Assembly: GCA_964252035.1 (NCBI GenBank) | Contig: OZ176207.1 | Length of the DNA stretch: 64,000 nucleotides | Strand: one strand, 5' to 3' | Source of the DNA: Podarcis erhardii | Lineage: Eukaryota | In this document: piece by piece, positions 46,601-59,003 of the stretch | Layout of the letters: each line of letters begins with the position of its first letter | How positions within the stretch are numbered: the first letter of the stretch is position 1 | Program-made: the position numbers and the translations under genes | Notes under the pieces: generated by a model | What the model was told of the DNA's origin: nothing | Databases searched by the model: none | Seen by the model: the letters and a program-made list of their open reading frames with translations, nothing else

Positions 46601-47458
46601 CGTGGTTGGACAAATAACTGCAACGGACAGAGATGAACCTGGTACACTGCACACTAAACTGAAATACAGAATTGTGGGCCAGAATCCTATACCACTTCAA
46701 GGTTCCAATACGTTCTCTATACATCCAGATACAGGTTCTATTACTGTGGCATATCCAGTTCTGGACAGAGAGGTAATTTTATTGAAAGTCTAATGTTGTT
46801 ATTTAGCATTATGCCTATGAGTAAGATATAATTTGATGGGGAGGCGGGGAGAGGACGCATGAATCTCTGGGAAATTTATAGTTTGCTTGCTTGACAAACT
46901 CATTATTTTGTTGTTGTCGTTGACACCTCCCTTCTCTAAATCCTATGCAGAAAAGAGAGTTTGTGTTAGTGGCAGGTTGTTGCAGGAGATACAAGCTGCT
47001 GCTTAGTCCTGCAAAAATACAACAGAAAGGGAGGTGACCTATCTTGTCTTTCATCAACGGGGGAAAAGGGAGAGGTTCTCTCTCTTTCCATCACTTTTTT
47101 GCAGGAGGCAGCAGTGAGAATGAGAGAAAGGGTACTTGATGGACTTCTGCATAAGAAGCCTTAAAAGCATTTGTTTAGCTAGGAACTCTGGTGGTTCCCT
47201 CTGGTGAAGTTCTGGTGGTTTCCTTACTGCGAGAAGTGAAGTTACAGGGAACCATGCAGGGACTTCTTGGCAGTGGTGCCCACCCTGTGGAACACCCTCC
47301 CATCAGATGTCGGTGAGATAAAGTACTACACAACTTTTGGAAGACATTTGAAGGCAGCCATGTATCAGGAAGTTTTTAATGTTTGGCGTTTTACTATGTT
47401 TTTATATGTGTTGTAAGCTGCCCAGAGTGGCTGGGGAAACCCAGTTAGATGGACGGGG

Positions 47459-47504
<46 letters not shown>

Positions 47505-50500
47505 TAATTATTATTATATGACTAAAGAGAGTCAGTATTAAGAGGATATTGTGTTCCATTGGCCTTCCCCTCCCATTACTGTGTTTATATTGTACTATAT
47601 TCATATACTGTTTGCTGTGTTCTTTTTCAGAAAATAACGACATACACAATACTGGTAGAAGCAAGAGATATGGGAGGTCAGCCCTTTGGTTTGTGCAATA
47701 CTGCAACAGTTGTAATTGAAGTTGATGATGCAAATGATCATGCACCCATGTGTGAGCACAGTATGGTATGTTTGCTACCTTCACACTTCTTAGAACATTA
47801 CTCTTCTTTTTAAGATCTTCTGCATTCTCTCTCTTTTATTTTGTTTTTGTCATTTGCATGAGTTTCATAATTATGTGTCCAATCCTGCAGCTTTTAACTC
47901 TATTCTGATTGCATCAGCCCTGGTTAAGAAGCTGGTCAATAAGAAGGATAAAGACACACACTTTGTTTCAGTTGCTGGCAGAGATTTAATCTCATCATTG
48001 CATTATATCTTAAGCATTAATATTTTAAGGCTATGATTTATCAACCCATAGCAATTTGCAAAAACATATATGACAGCATGTGCATAGAAAACTATGTTGT
48101 GGTGACCATATGGTTTTGAAACAAATTTCTGAAAATCTTGTTCATTTCAGTATGAAGCATATGTTAGTGAAAACACAGTTGGCGAAAAAGTAATGGACAT
48201 CGGTGTCGTAGACAAAGATTCACCTGGAACACCTGCCTGGCATGCTACCTTCAACATTATAAAGGGAAATGAAGATGGTGCCTTCAAAATTGTAAAAAAT
48301 CCTGATTCAAATATTGGTACACTATGTGTTGAAAAGGTAATTACATTTCACAGCTTTTCTATATCCAATTGAATATAGTTTAATAAGTATTATGATAATT
48401 CCATTCATACTGACCAATACAGAAGTGGGTAATAATTTTCAGCAGAGTTTAACACTTCTGACCTTCTGTGGCAGCACTGAGGTCCCTGAATTTAAATTTA
48501 TAATTATTTCTCAGCAATGATTTTCCAATCTGTATATTGATCACATAATGGCTGTGGTTGCATGACACGCTAAGCCAAATCTTGGTTACAGTTAAGAGCA
48601 TAATCAGAAGCCCCTGTTCAGAAGACACACTAAGTTAAACCTTGACTTAGCTTAATGTCGCATAGCAGCAAGAAGTGCTGGGTAGAAACAAAGCAGCTGT
48701 GAGCTTCTCTCTGAGAGCCTAGATGCTTACTTGTTTGTGGTAAGCCAGAGTGGAGCATCTCCACCCCCACTGTGCAGCTCAGACATTGTGGTCCAGCTCG
48801 AAGGGCCTTCTGGCAGTTCCTTCACTGAAAGAAGTGAAGTTACAGGGAACTAGGCAGAGGGTCTTCTTGGAAGTGGCGCCCACCCTGTGGAACACCCTCC
48901 CATCAGATGTCAAACAGATTACCAATTATATGACTTTTAGAAGACATCTGAAGGCAGCTCTGTACAGGGAAGTCTTTTTATTTTTGAGCTTTTTAATATT
49001 TTGTTGGGAGCCGCCCAGAGTGGCTGGGGCAACCTAGTCGCATAGGTGGCATATTAAATAATAAAATTATTATTATTATTTATTATTTGGTTTAGCATGT
49101 TCTGTGAACCAAGCCATTGTAGATGTTTTATTCTTTTCATTTTAAAGTAGATGTGTGGGAAAGTAAGAAACTCACAATGCATTTGCATTACGTAAAACTG
49201 TACCATCATTCCCAGTGTTCAGGTTTTGAGTGCCGTTGCTTATGTTGTCAAAATACCACTACCTCTGTACAAGAGGGAGGTATTAACAGGCTTTTCATAA
49301 GCACAAAATCTTTACATAAAATGCTAAGGGAGCGGACCACAAAAATACATTGAATTTTCCATAAGGCTCACCATCGCCACCTAGGGTCACATTGTATATT
49401 GCAATTAAAACACACTTAAATCGTTTTATTTGCAGCTGTATAGCTGAGTCCATGATGTCATCTGTGGGAAAATGGCTTCATGGACCTAATTTGGCCTGCA
49501 GGCTGTGGGCCCCTTATGCTTGTTTTAAGGCAAGTGAAAAGGTTCAGGGCTAGAAGTGGGCTTCTGGTCCAGCAGACAAAAGAGCCAATAAAAACCCTTA
49601 CTTCATTGACAAACCTATCTGGGAGGCAGAGACATTCCATCCACAACCTGCTTCTGAATAGGGAATCATCCCTCCATGATTGTCTGTTTTTGCTGTGAAT
49701 ATTAGAAAAATCTTGCAATTGACACACACATTTATTTATTTTCCAGGGGCTAGACTACGAAAGAAACAAGGAGAGAAAGTTGGAAATTGTTGTAAATAAT
49801 GAAGCACCTTATTTCCTCCCACCAAATTCAAGAGCAGTTTCTACAAGTACTTGCGTCGTTGTTGTCAAAGTGCGGGATATGGACGAAGGCCCTGTATTTG
49901 ATCCTTGTGTATTTTTTTTGAACATCAAGGAATGTTTGCCTGCTGAAACGATGGTTGGCCAGTACACAGCAAGGGACCCAGAAACTGGAAATTCTGAAGG
50001 CATAATGTATAGTATTTTGTTGGCTAATTCATGTTATACTATTAGTGTTAGTATTAATACAACCATCTGATTCACAGATGTAGCAGCTGGCAGAGCAGGG
50101 TAGGAGCAGGCAGTGCATTGCTTTCCAAGGGAGAGTTTGCCGCTTATAACCAGGGGAGAGGGGTGATGTGGCAATGAGGTCAGTAGGTGTAAGCTCAATG
50201 GCAGCAGCATTGGCTTGGCTCTGCCACTGTACCTGCACTGCCCAAACTTCCCTCCTACCTCACCCTCCCCTCTTCGTTAAAAGCAATGACCTCTGTGTTG
50301 GGAAGCCAGGCAAGCAGTGCTGTTCTATCCCAGTCTGCCAGCTGTTACTGGTGATGGATAAACATTGTTGTACCTCTGTTGTTGCACCACTACACTGGGG
50401 GCTATCTGCACATTACACAAGCAAACCTCGTTCTGTTACATAGGAGTACATGTGGGTATTGGGTTCATTCTGTGAGTTTTATACTGGCCTGATGGTACTG

Positions 50501-53500
50501 CCATCCTTGTGGAGTAAAGCCAGAAATGCCAGTGGGGAGCAGATCAGGCTGGAAGAACTAAGTATACTCTAAATTTATTGGACACCAGCACAGCAGGGAA
50601 ATGCTCTGAACTATAGAAATGTCTTACGTATATACTAAAGACTACTACCTAGTATGAGGCTGCTTGAGAATCTCTTGCTGTGTGATGGTGCAACACAGAG
50701 ATTTGTACCAGCTTATTTAACTGCACCAGGCCTAAAAACCATTAAGATATAATAAAGCATATATTTTGGTGTTTGTTTCTAACAGCTGTATTTATTCCTA
50801 ACAGTTATAGAATAATAAATGATCCCTGTAACTGGATCACCATTGACAACGCAGGTCAGATCAGAACCACTAGACTCCTAGACAGGGAGCAACCACAAAT
50901 GCAGCTCTACCAGTGTAACGTAACAGTCTCTGCAACGGACAGGAGTGAGTATTACATACTATAAATAGACTACAAAGTTCAATAAAGTAGCCTACAAAAC
51001 TACTGAAAACGTATGTGGCAGAGCAAATACCACATCCAAAGCTGTGTTTGCTAGCTTCAACTGGGGCGGGAAGTGTGTATATGTGGGGGAAGCTTTTTCT
51101 TCCATTTATTCTTTCTCAACCGTTCCTTGACTCCAGTGAGAGAGAGGGAAATCACACTGCTACTCCCAGGGCTCATCATTTTGGGTCTTGTTTTTCTTTT
51201 GCCAGGGGTGGGGCTTATTTTTTTTATTTATTTATTTATTGGGTGTACCATTGCTCAGTATAATCACTTATAATACTTTTGTCTATACGATCAAACCCTT
51301 TTCAAACTAAGTTAAATAATGAACAATTAGAGCCAGTACTCATGCCATGCCTCTGAATGCTTAACCACAATTAAGAAATTAGAATTAACCTACAAACCCA
51401 TGCATTCATTCCTTGGCCTTTCTTTGCTGATTGTGGATTCCCCCCTGCCAGCATTAACCATGGTTAAGATTAACGTTGGGACCAGTGTTAACTATGTTTG
51501 AAGCTAGCCATGATATTTTCTTAACCAGGTTTCTTAACAGTTTTTTTTTTAATGTTTATATACATTAATTAAATTGACATTTTAAAACAAATTTGTACAT
51601 GAGCTATGTATATCATAAGGCCACATAGAATATTACACAACATCAACAAACTATGAAACACATTACTGTAAAATGAAATCCACATAGAGGTTTACAAAGC
51701 AAGGGAAGATTCAGGCAGCACTGCTCCCCTCATAAATCGGTATAAAAATGTAACTGCCATCCTTTACAAAGAAAATATTGCCATTCAGGAATTAATTATT
51801 TTGTTTCCAGAGGGGCTGGCATGGGTGCTCAAAGTCTTTTGTGAATATCCCAAGCCTCTGGATTTGCTTTCAGTCCATTTACATGATGTGGACACATGCC
51901 TTGCTCTTAGGGGTGCACACAACTTTCCCAGGCCTCTGTGTCAAAGAAAGGAAGGACCCGGTTCACTCTTCTGTTATTTAAAAAGCAATGCCTTTCCTCA
52001 GTGCTTTTTTCCCCTAAAAAATTGTTTAGGGGTACTCATATTTTCCTACTCATATTGAAATACTGCCCCTCAATGAGGCCAAACTTAGATTCACAAAATG
52101 TTTAGGGGTATGCATACCCCAGCGTACCCCCAGAAAAAAGCATTGCCTTTCCTCATGAATGCTAGTCGAAAAATGGAACATCAGCCTGGAAATGCCTTGT
52201 AATTAACATTGAGTATGTAGGGGTGGGATCCATCTTGGACACAGGCTATCTTATTGAGCCCATCTCAGATTCTATTGTTTGGGTGAGTTTCCTTGCAAGT
52301 ATTTGTTGTGAACTGCTGTTGGAAATAGTAAAATTAATAATTTCAGAAGTGTAACTTATGAGTAGGACAAAGATATGTTAAACCATGGAAACAGCATTAA
52401 ATTGTAAGGCTATAACTCATTCTTTGTTATTTCCTAGGTGGTAAAACAGGCACTGGAGTAATAGTGGTTAATCTATTAGATGAGAACGACAATTTCCCAG
52501 TCATTCCCAAGAAAGAGTACATAATTTGCAGAGACAGACAACCAGTTTGCCTTACTGCTGTGGATGCTGATTTACCTGAACATGGAGCCCCTTTCAGTTT
52601 TACTCTTCCTGACCGCATGATCCCACAGTGGAAATTGACACAACATGATGGTGTGTGCTGCATTCCAAAATTCTTGCATCTGCAGTAATTAATGATTTTG
52701 AAAGAATGCTCGTCACTGAGTTGTGTTTTTGTTTCATTTTTGGCAGAGAACTCTGCATACCTGGTACCAGCAGAGAATTTGCCATTTGGCGCTTATGAGA
52801 TCCCTGTGATGGTAACTGATCGTGCAGGCAAAGGTGGAATCACTGAAGTTCGTGTAATTATGTGTGATTGCACCACCCCTAGTGATTGCCGTTACTGGCC
52901 ACGGGTGGGGCCACCGGTTGCACGTCAGACTCCTAATGTGACTCTTGGTCTTTGGGCCATCCTTGCAATGATTGGGGGATCCTTGTTGCTATTATGTAAG
53001 TATGTTATATATGAAATGTAGCATTTGCCATGAATGTCAAGTTGAAGGGCTATGTTATAAGATTGTTAAGACTGCTTTGGACACTTGAAGTTTGCAAAGC
53101 TGTGAAGATGGCTTATTTAATTCATTTATGTAAACAATTGTCCATTAAACACTGCGTTGAAATGATACTATTGGCAATAAAAGAACTAATAATTTTTAAA
53201 AATGTCAAATGTACTTCAGGCTCTTTAAGTCCCATAAAGGTTCCTTTCCTTAAATGCATAGGCACCCCAATACAGCTAGCATATCTCTGCAGATTGAAGT
53301 AGGTTTCTATAGGTGTATCCCTAGCTGGATAGGGATGCACCTATACAAGTAAATGCTATGTGCCTGGCTATCCCCTCCAAGTCAGTTGCCAGGACTGATT
53401 GTATGGAGTCATTATTTAAATCTAGAATTCAAGCAATTGACATTTGGGAAGGTGGAGCAGGGGGCTGGGTCCCTTTGCCTAATTATTTCCTTCCAGCTAG

Positions 53501-56500
53501 TGAACATATTGGAGAAAGAGCTCATATGGTTTCCACTGGATAAAATTGTGCATTTAAATTATTTTTAGACATCCAGTGGATTATGTGACTACTCTTGGCT
53601 TTTGCTTCTGATATGTACAATACTGTGCCTTGATTTTAACTAGAGAGAAGTGCTGAAACTTGCTCTGATTCTTAAAATACTGCAGTAGTTTGTGGTGGTT
53701 GCTTTTGAATAGTAAAAAAAAGAAATATATTGTATTTTCTAAGCATTTAAATTGCATTTTATGGCAAGGTGACTTATATCAGTGACAACTGCAATTAAAC
53801 CAGTACACTACTGAATATGGACTGGGTGAGGTAGATTTTCAGGGAAGTACTCACTGTCATATCCAGGCCCTTGGGCAAGACACCCTCCCTTCATTCCCCT
53901 GCTCAGTGAGGCTGCTTCATGTTGGTAGGTCCACCCTTGCCAGAGGGTGGGCTCTTGGCAAGTACCCAGTCCTGTCAACCTTTGATGCCAGTTCTGTTAG
54001 TATTTAACCAACACATTATTTGACCTGCTCATTTACTCTAACAGAGTGAATGGCACTTCTGTGTCTTTCTTACACATACTGTTTAGAAGCAAGTTCAACT
54101 GAAGCTGGTCTGGAGCTTTCTTGGAAGCACATATATTTTTTTATTAGGTCTAAGTAGCGGATTTTTGTGATGGTACTCACTAGTATGGAGTACTGCCACA
54201 CCTCTTTTTTGCTGTCCGTGGCAGACATTTTGTGCATGAACCCGCAGCACTTTTATCAAGTTATGAATACCAGCACCTCACTTTTTACCCCAAAACACTG
54301 GGTCTGAGCATTCATAAAGAAAACCTGTGTGGATTGTAGTTAAGAGTGTTGAACATAGATTGGTGAGACCCAGGTTCAAATCCCCAATCATCCACTGGGG
54401 GATTGCTAGGTCACTTTGGGCCACTGATTTTCTATCCTCTTTGAAACTATTTCATGAGCATATTGTGTGGATGAATGTGGGGGCAGGGCATAGACTGCTG
54501 ATGATGCCATCTTGGAGGAAGAGGGTGGTAAAAATATTGTTAAGAAATAAAAGGCTAATAATATGTAGATGCCCTGATGCCTTATTGTATCTGATTCTTT
54601 TTCCTCTCCCCATCCACTTTTCCAGTAATCCTGATAACACTTTGCGGCTGTTGTGGTGCTGCACCTGTGAGTAGCAGTAAGCATGTGTGTGATGATTTAG
54701 CTAATCAGAACTTGATCATTTCAAACACTGAAGCACCTGGTGAAGAAGTAATGGTAAGTTGTTTTATCTGCTCATTATTTCTTGGGCAATAGATGCCATA
54801 CCCACCCACCCACAGAGCTTCAGAGCAAGTGGAAGGAGGTGGAGGGAACTTGATTTGAGAAAGTTTTAATATTGTTTAAATGCTGAAGCAGAGAGGGCTA
54901 GATGGGAACAGATCCGAGAGTGAAGGCATTCTAATTATGTGGAATGACAAGACATAAGAAACTACAGTATAAGCTTTGTTAAACAACTTTTTTTAAAAAC
55001 AAAAACTGGCCTTGCACTGGTATTCTATCAGCCTCCTGGCTGCTATTTACCCCTAAAGATGATGTCACAATCCTAGGGAACAAATAGTAATGGGGAAGAC
55101 AATTTTTGGCATTGGGTCCCCAATCTGTATTGGGAAAGCAGCACTGCATCAGGACTGCCTCACGATCGAAATTAAATGCCGCCAATATACATGCTTTTAA
55201 AAAGCTATTAGTTTGGCTTTTAAGGGAGATAAAGAAGGAGAATGGGACAAAAGGAGAGACTATATATAAGGTGCTAGGGAAAAATATTAGTTGTAGTTTG
55301 AATGCTGGAACTAATATAAATCCCATGGTATCTCAGCCAATTAATCCCAAGAATAAAAAATAGGGATAATGTATTTCTGATTACTGTGTTAATTTTTAAA
55401 TCGGAGTTTAAATTCATATATACACCACAGTATATAGTAGATTCTTATTCTTATAGTGGATGGTAATAAGCATTTGACACTTAATTCTTAACTAGCTTGA
55501 ATGAGAGAACTGAACTTAGTGAAATGTTACATCATGCACACAACTATAGAATATTAAGTGTACTTAGCATTACCTACTACCTTTGCTTTAAGGAAAGCTG
55601 CTTATTATTTCAGTTAAAAGTATTTCAATGGCTCAAGCAAAGAAAATGAGACACTGAACAGTTCAAGTTTTCTTTCTGCACATACACCCATTTTAGCTAG
55701 AATTTAACAGGTCAGGTTGAGCTGCACTTTCTAGGCTAAGGTTAACTGAGTCATTTGCTTTTCCGAGTGTTCATCCTCCACTGGAGAAATAGTTATGATA
55801 TTTTGCAGTGGGTAACAGACAACAATTACTCCAATCCTGAACATCTGTGTGTGTAGGGAGGACTTCAGAATTGGGGTATTTTGAATTCCATTTATCCCAG
55901 GGCCACAGAAGTTGCCTATGTCTGTCACAAATGTAAGTGGAGGAGGATAAACAGGAGCTATTACTTGATATTAAGCAAAATCAGGGATAGTTAATTGGAT
56001 TGGCTTCCATTATATACCTACTGGAGAGACTGAATACCCAGCAGGGAATACAGAAATCCAAATGCCATTCCTTGTTCTCGTGGTTTCTCATAATGTCCAA
56101 TTCCTTCTTCCCAAGCACCCTAATGTATTTCTTTTGCTGTTTTTTCTTTCTTTTTAGGACCCCAATATACTTCCTGTGAAAACAGGAAACATGGTTACTT
56201 GTGATCAAGGAACTCTTGGAGTGAAAACTGGAGGACAGGAAAGCTTTGAGATGGTCAAGGGACACCAGACACTGGAATCAGTCAAGGGCGGAGGACACCA
56301 CACCTTAGACTCTGTTAAAATGGGGCATCAGACATTAGAAAGAGGAGGATATGGACAATCTGCGATGGATGCATATAGATACAATTATTCAGAATGGCAA
56401 AATTTTACACACCCTCGCCTAACTGAGGTAAGCACTGTTAAACATACTTTTATTCAGAGCTCACATCTTCTTAGCTGGATATTATATTAATGGCCTGCAA

Positions 56501-57308
56501 CTATAGGTGATATTTTCTGAGCAAATGTTTAGGATTTACTTTGAAATCACCCTGCAGCTTGGAATGTGAAAAGCAATCCTTTAGTTTTAGTGTTTGGATT
56601 TAGAAAAGGTAACCTGACCAGGTATTTGTTTCGTATATCTGTGTTGTTTTAACTTGTTTTTCCTGTAGTGATTCTCTCCTGCTTTGACCTCATCTCTCAT
56701 TACTCCTCCAGTATTGACCACGGTTGATAGTAATGGCTGTAATGTCACCCAAGAAACTGTATATGTTATGAACTGGGCTCCTAAATCTGAGCCTGCCCTG
56801 TAATAAGCAATATATAACTAGGGTGTCCCCACCCCCAATTTATCTGAACATTGTTTTTTAAAAAAACTGATAAGGAAGTTCATTGCATTTGATTATTACG
56901 TATGTGATCAGTAGGTCTGATTTTGTTAAATTCGTCATAGAATGAATGATATAGACCAATCATGTGCATTTTTTGTATATAGGAACCCATTAGAGGACAC
57001 ACTCTGATTAAAAATTAAACATTGAAAGGTAAATCCACGAAATCATTTTTATGTCATGTTCAGGTTAGTTTAAGAAAACAAGTAACACCCAGTTTTTCCC
57101 CCCTATGCAGAAGGTATATCTCTGTGGACAGGATGAAGAGCATAAGCATTCCGAAGACTATGTCCTTTCATATAATTATGAAGGAAGAGGATCGCTGGCT
57201 GGCTCTGTAGGCTGCTGCACTGATCAGCAAGATGAAGAGGCGCTTGACTTTTTAGATCAGCTGGAACCAAAGTTTAGGACATTAGCAGAAACCTGTATAA
57301 AGAGATAA
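33763..57308 (+). CDS. DSC2: Desmocollin gene B (DSC2 position), a-form 910 aa, b-form 856 aa
   Basis: Exons 33763-33840, 41385-41469, 42533-42735, 43410-43520, 43993-44148, 44665-44809, 46597-46772, 47631-47765, 48151-48336, 49747-50006, 50805-50944, 52438-52650, 52747-52995, 54626-54753, 56158-56427, [56983-57028 b-exon], 57111-57308 join in frame (a-form 2733 nt). Canonical DSC C-terminus [15 protein letters not shown]. The symbol rests on position downstream of the DSC1-like gene and the CpG promoter; parts of the tail resemble mammalian DSC1, so orthology is uncertain. Confidence 0.9.
34911..35152 (+). mobile_element. Tigger-like MITE (~240 bp), copy 1
   Basis: TA|CAGTGGTACCTCGGGTT...AACCCAAGGTACCACTG|TA. 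Confidence 0.9.
35458..35700 (-). mobile_element. CR1/L3-type LINE 3' end
   Basis: TAAGAACATAAGAG..GGATCAGGCC..CACAGTGGCCAACCAGATGC..GGGAAACCCACAAGCAGGAC. Confidence 0.7.
35945..36124. repeat. Perfect 88-bp tandem duplication in gene B intron 1
   Basis: CAGACATAGACATG...TTACACAGCC starts at 35945 and again at 36033. Confidence 0.92.
39102..39318 (+). mobile_element. Tigger-like MITE, copy 2
   Basis: Same TIRs and TA TSD, highly similar internal sequence to copy 1. Confidence 0.9.
39780..39960 (+). mobile_element. Highly decayed LINE reverse-transcriptase remnant
   Basis: VPQGSVLG followed ~20 codons later by CLFADN (degenerate RT PQG and YADD motifs). Confidence 0.5.
41385..41469 (+). CDS. 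DSC2: Gene B exon 2
   Basis: 85 nt, [28 protein letters not shown]. Confidence 0.92.
42533..42735 (+). CDS. DSC2: Gene B exon 3 (prodomain)
   Basis: 203 nt, [17 protein letters not shown]. Confidence 0.92.
43410..43520 (+). CDS. DSC2: Gene B exon 4 (furin site, RWSPLP)
   Basis: 111 nt, VLRRTKRRW...[14 protein letters not shown]. Confidence 0.92.
43993..44148 (+). CDS. DSC2: Gene B exon 5 (EC1)
   Basis: 156 nt, [22 protein letters not shown]...IDREEY. Confidence 0.92.
44665..44809 (+). CDS. DSC2: Gene B exon 6
   Basis: 145 nt after a poly-T tract, [13 protein letters not shown]...EDDNDNPP. Confidence 0.92.
46241..46376. mobile_element. hAT-type palindromic MITE
   Basis: TIR CAGGC..GGCAAA, internal hairpin GGGACTACAACTCCCATCA/TGATGGGAGTTGTAGTCCC, perfect 8-bp TSD CACTAACC. 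Confidence 0.9.
46597..46772 (+). CDS. DSC2: Gene B exon 7
   Basis: 176 nt, [16 protein letters not shown]...LDRE. Confidence 0.92.
47215..47515 (+). mobile_element. L2-type LINE 3' end with (AAT)n tail
   Basis: GCCCACCCTGTGGAACACCCTCCCATCAGATGTC..CATTTGAAGGCAGCC..(AAT)n; near-identical to 48740-49080. Confidence 0.8.
47631..47765 (+). CDS. DSC2: Gene B exon 8
   Basis: 135 nt, [13 protein letters not shown]...DDANDHAP. Confidence 0.92.
48151..48336 (+). CDS. DSC2: Gene B exon 9
   Basis: 186 nt, YEAYVSEN...IIKGNEDG; not in ORF track. Confidence 0.92.
48740..49085 (+). mobile_element. L2-type LINE 3' end
   Basis: [41 protein letters not shown]; (TTA)n tail. Confidence 0.8.
49747..50006 (+). 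CDS. DSC2: Gene B exon 10
   Basis: 260 nt, GLDYE...DMDEGP...ARDPETG; weak donor AT|GTATAG fixed by reading phase. Confidence 0.88.
50805..50944 (+). CDS. DSC2: Gene B exon 11
   Basis: 140 nt, [10 protein letters not shown]...LLDRE...ATDR. Confidence 0.92.
52438..52650 (+). CDS. DSC2: Gene B exon 12
   Basis: 213 nt, GKTGTG...LDENDNFP. Confidence 0.92.
52747..52995 (+). CDS. DSC2: Gene B exon 13 (EC5/TM)
   Basis: 249 nt, [10 protein letters not shown]...[17 protein letters not shown]. Confidence 0.92.
54335..54540 (+). mobile_element. Old tRNA-derived SINE
   Basis: GTAGTTAAGAGTGTTG..GACCCAGGTTCAAATCCCC A/B-box-like head. Confidence 0.5.
54626..54753 (+). CDS. DSC2: Gene B exon 14 (TM end, juxtamembrane)
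   Basis: 128 nt, [10 protein letters not shown]...[16 protein letters not shown]. Confidence 0.92.
56158..56427 (+). CDS. DSC2: Gene B exon 15 (cytoplasmic)
   Basis: 270 nt, [19 protein letters not shown]...[13 protein letters not shown]. Confidence 0.92.
56983..57028 (+). CDS. DSC2: Gene B alternatively spliced 46-nt b-form exon ([11 protein letters not shown])
   Basis: AG|GAACCC...GAAAG|GTAAAT, 46 nt with in-frame TAA at 57016-57018; matches the known mammalian Dsc b-exon peptide [11 protein letters not shown]. Confidence 0.92.
57111..57308 (+). CDS. DSC2: Gene B terminal exon (a-form catenin-binding segment)
   Basis: [13 protein letters not shown]...[16 protein letters not shown]...[15 protein letters not shown]. 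Confidence 0.93.
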   Translation, partial: KVYLCGQDEEHKHSEDYVLSYNYEGRGSLAGSVGCCTDQQDEEALDFLDQLEPKFRTLAETCIKR

Positions 57309-58094
57309 ATGTGCTGACAACAACAATGCAGAGAATTGTCGCCCTTTCCACAGGATAGCAACTTGAATACAAAATATTTTTATCTCTCCCCCCCCCCCCA
57401 CTTTTCTCATGGGAGTAGTTAATCAGAAGACATTCTGACATTAGGTTTGTCAGTATCAAACTTTCTGCTCTTAAACCTCTGGATGCTATTTGACCTACCT
57501 ACATGTGTACTGCCTTAGATTTACACCAAAAAGTATTTTTTTAAACCAAATGTACAGACAATATTGTAGTCACATAACTTTTCAAAATAGCAACAGAGTT
57601 TCTAGTGTTCTCTGCATCTACCGTTACAGGGAGGCAAAATGCATTCTTTATCATTTTAAGAACTGAGCTTCAAAAATTTCTGGCTGTTTGGGTCTGGGTT
57701 ATAGCAAGCATGGTTTGATTCATATGAATCTTTCCTTTAGTTTTATAGAAATAAACGCTAAATACTACTGCTGAATGTTAAAATAGTTATTCATTTCTTA
57801 CATTCTTAAGAAAAACAGGGTTTCTAAGTATTTTTTTAAAGTGGGATCTCTAACAAAATTTGCAGCCAGCCATGACCTTTTCTCGAATACTCCACACCCC
57901 CCTACAGTTCCAGTTCCCCCAAAACACAGCTTATTGTGGCTACTGAGCATGCATGCATTGAGCCGATTTGATTCTCCCTTTACATTTTTCTTTTTAAGCA
58001 TATTCACTAACCTGATGAGCACCTCCTCCTTGAGTATGGACAGTGTTGCTTTGATTATGTAATGATTGATACTCATAGAATGCGTTCATTATTA

Positions 58095-58230
58095 GCAGGG
58101 CTTTTTTTCATCCTGAACTCACCGGAATTCAGTTCTGCCACCTCTCAGGTGGGCGCCATTGCCATTCTATGAGAATGAGGGAGGTGTTCGTGGTGTGTTC
58201 CGGCATCTCTTTTTCTAAAAAAATAGCACT
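58095..58230. mobile_element. Short MITE in gene B 3' UTR
   Basis: Terminal inverted CAGGGCTTTTTT / AAAAAATAGCACTG around a GC-richer core. Confidence 0.55.
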
Positions 58231-58997
58231 GATTATTAGCATATATGGAATGGCAGAGGGGAGCTGGCCCTGTGAACGCTAATATTGCTTTAGCATACAT
58301 GAATGGAGCACAGTGGTAGTGAGATCAGTCCGTGCAGGTGCACTGGCAAAGCTCACCTGGCACAGCTCCAGCCTCACCAGCTGCAGTGATACTGGTGTTG
58401 AGAGGGCTACGCTGTATGGACTGCTAGGTGAGTTTAATTAGGCCAAAGCTCCTAAATTAGTAAATAGAGAAGGAGGAGAGTGAAATGTTTTAATGTATAT
58501 ATGTACACATTTTTCTTTGTACTGAATTTTTGTGTTCACCAAATCTGACAGCATTAGTTTGTATGTTCAAATCCACTGGAGGAATAAGTATAGAAATTAA
58601 AATGTGACATTGAAAACATTTGCCAAGGCCACAGTTTCCACCCAAAAGACTTTGAATTAATCTAAAGTATAGTACTTGTATTTGCCATTCTAATACAGCT
58701 GAGTGTTAAAATACTACGATAGGAACTGGAGAAAATTGCTAGTATTAAGGCACTACTTATTGTTGACTCCTCCCATCTCAGGAAAAGTGGGGAGCTGAAC
58801 TTGGAGCAACAAAGGTATGATCTGTGCTGATTCTGTGTTATCATGTAGTGACTGGTGCTTTGCACTTAACATGCATGAATGTGCTTGTTGTATTCGGTTC
58901 TGATGGAATAAACATTGACTGATATTTTTTATACATCTGTATACATACAGTTTTTTTTGGGAATTCAAGAGAAATGTATTGGAAATTTTGAATTGTA

Positions 58998-59003
58998 AAT
59001 AAA
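58998..59003 (+). terminator. Candidate proximal polyadenylation signal of gene B
   Basis: AATAAA followed by a GT-rich stretch; another AATAAA lies near 58907. Confidence 0.4.
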
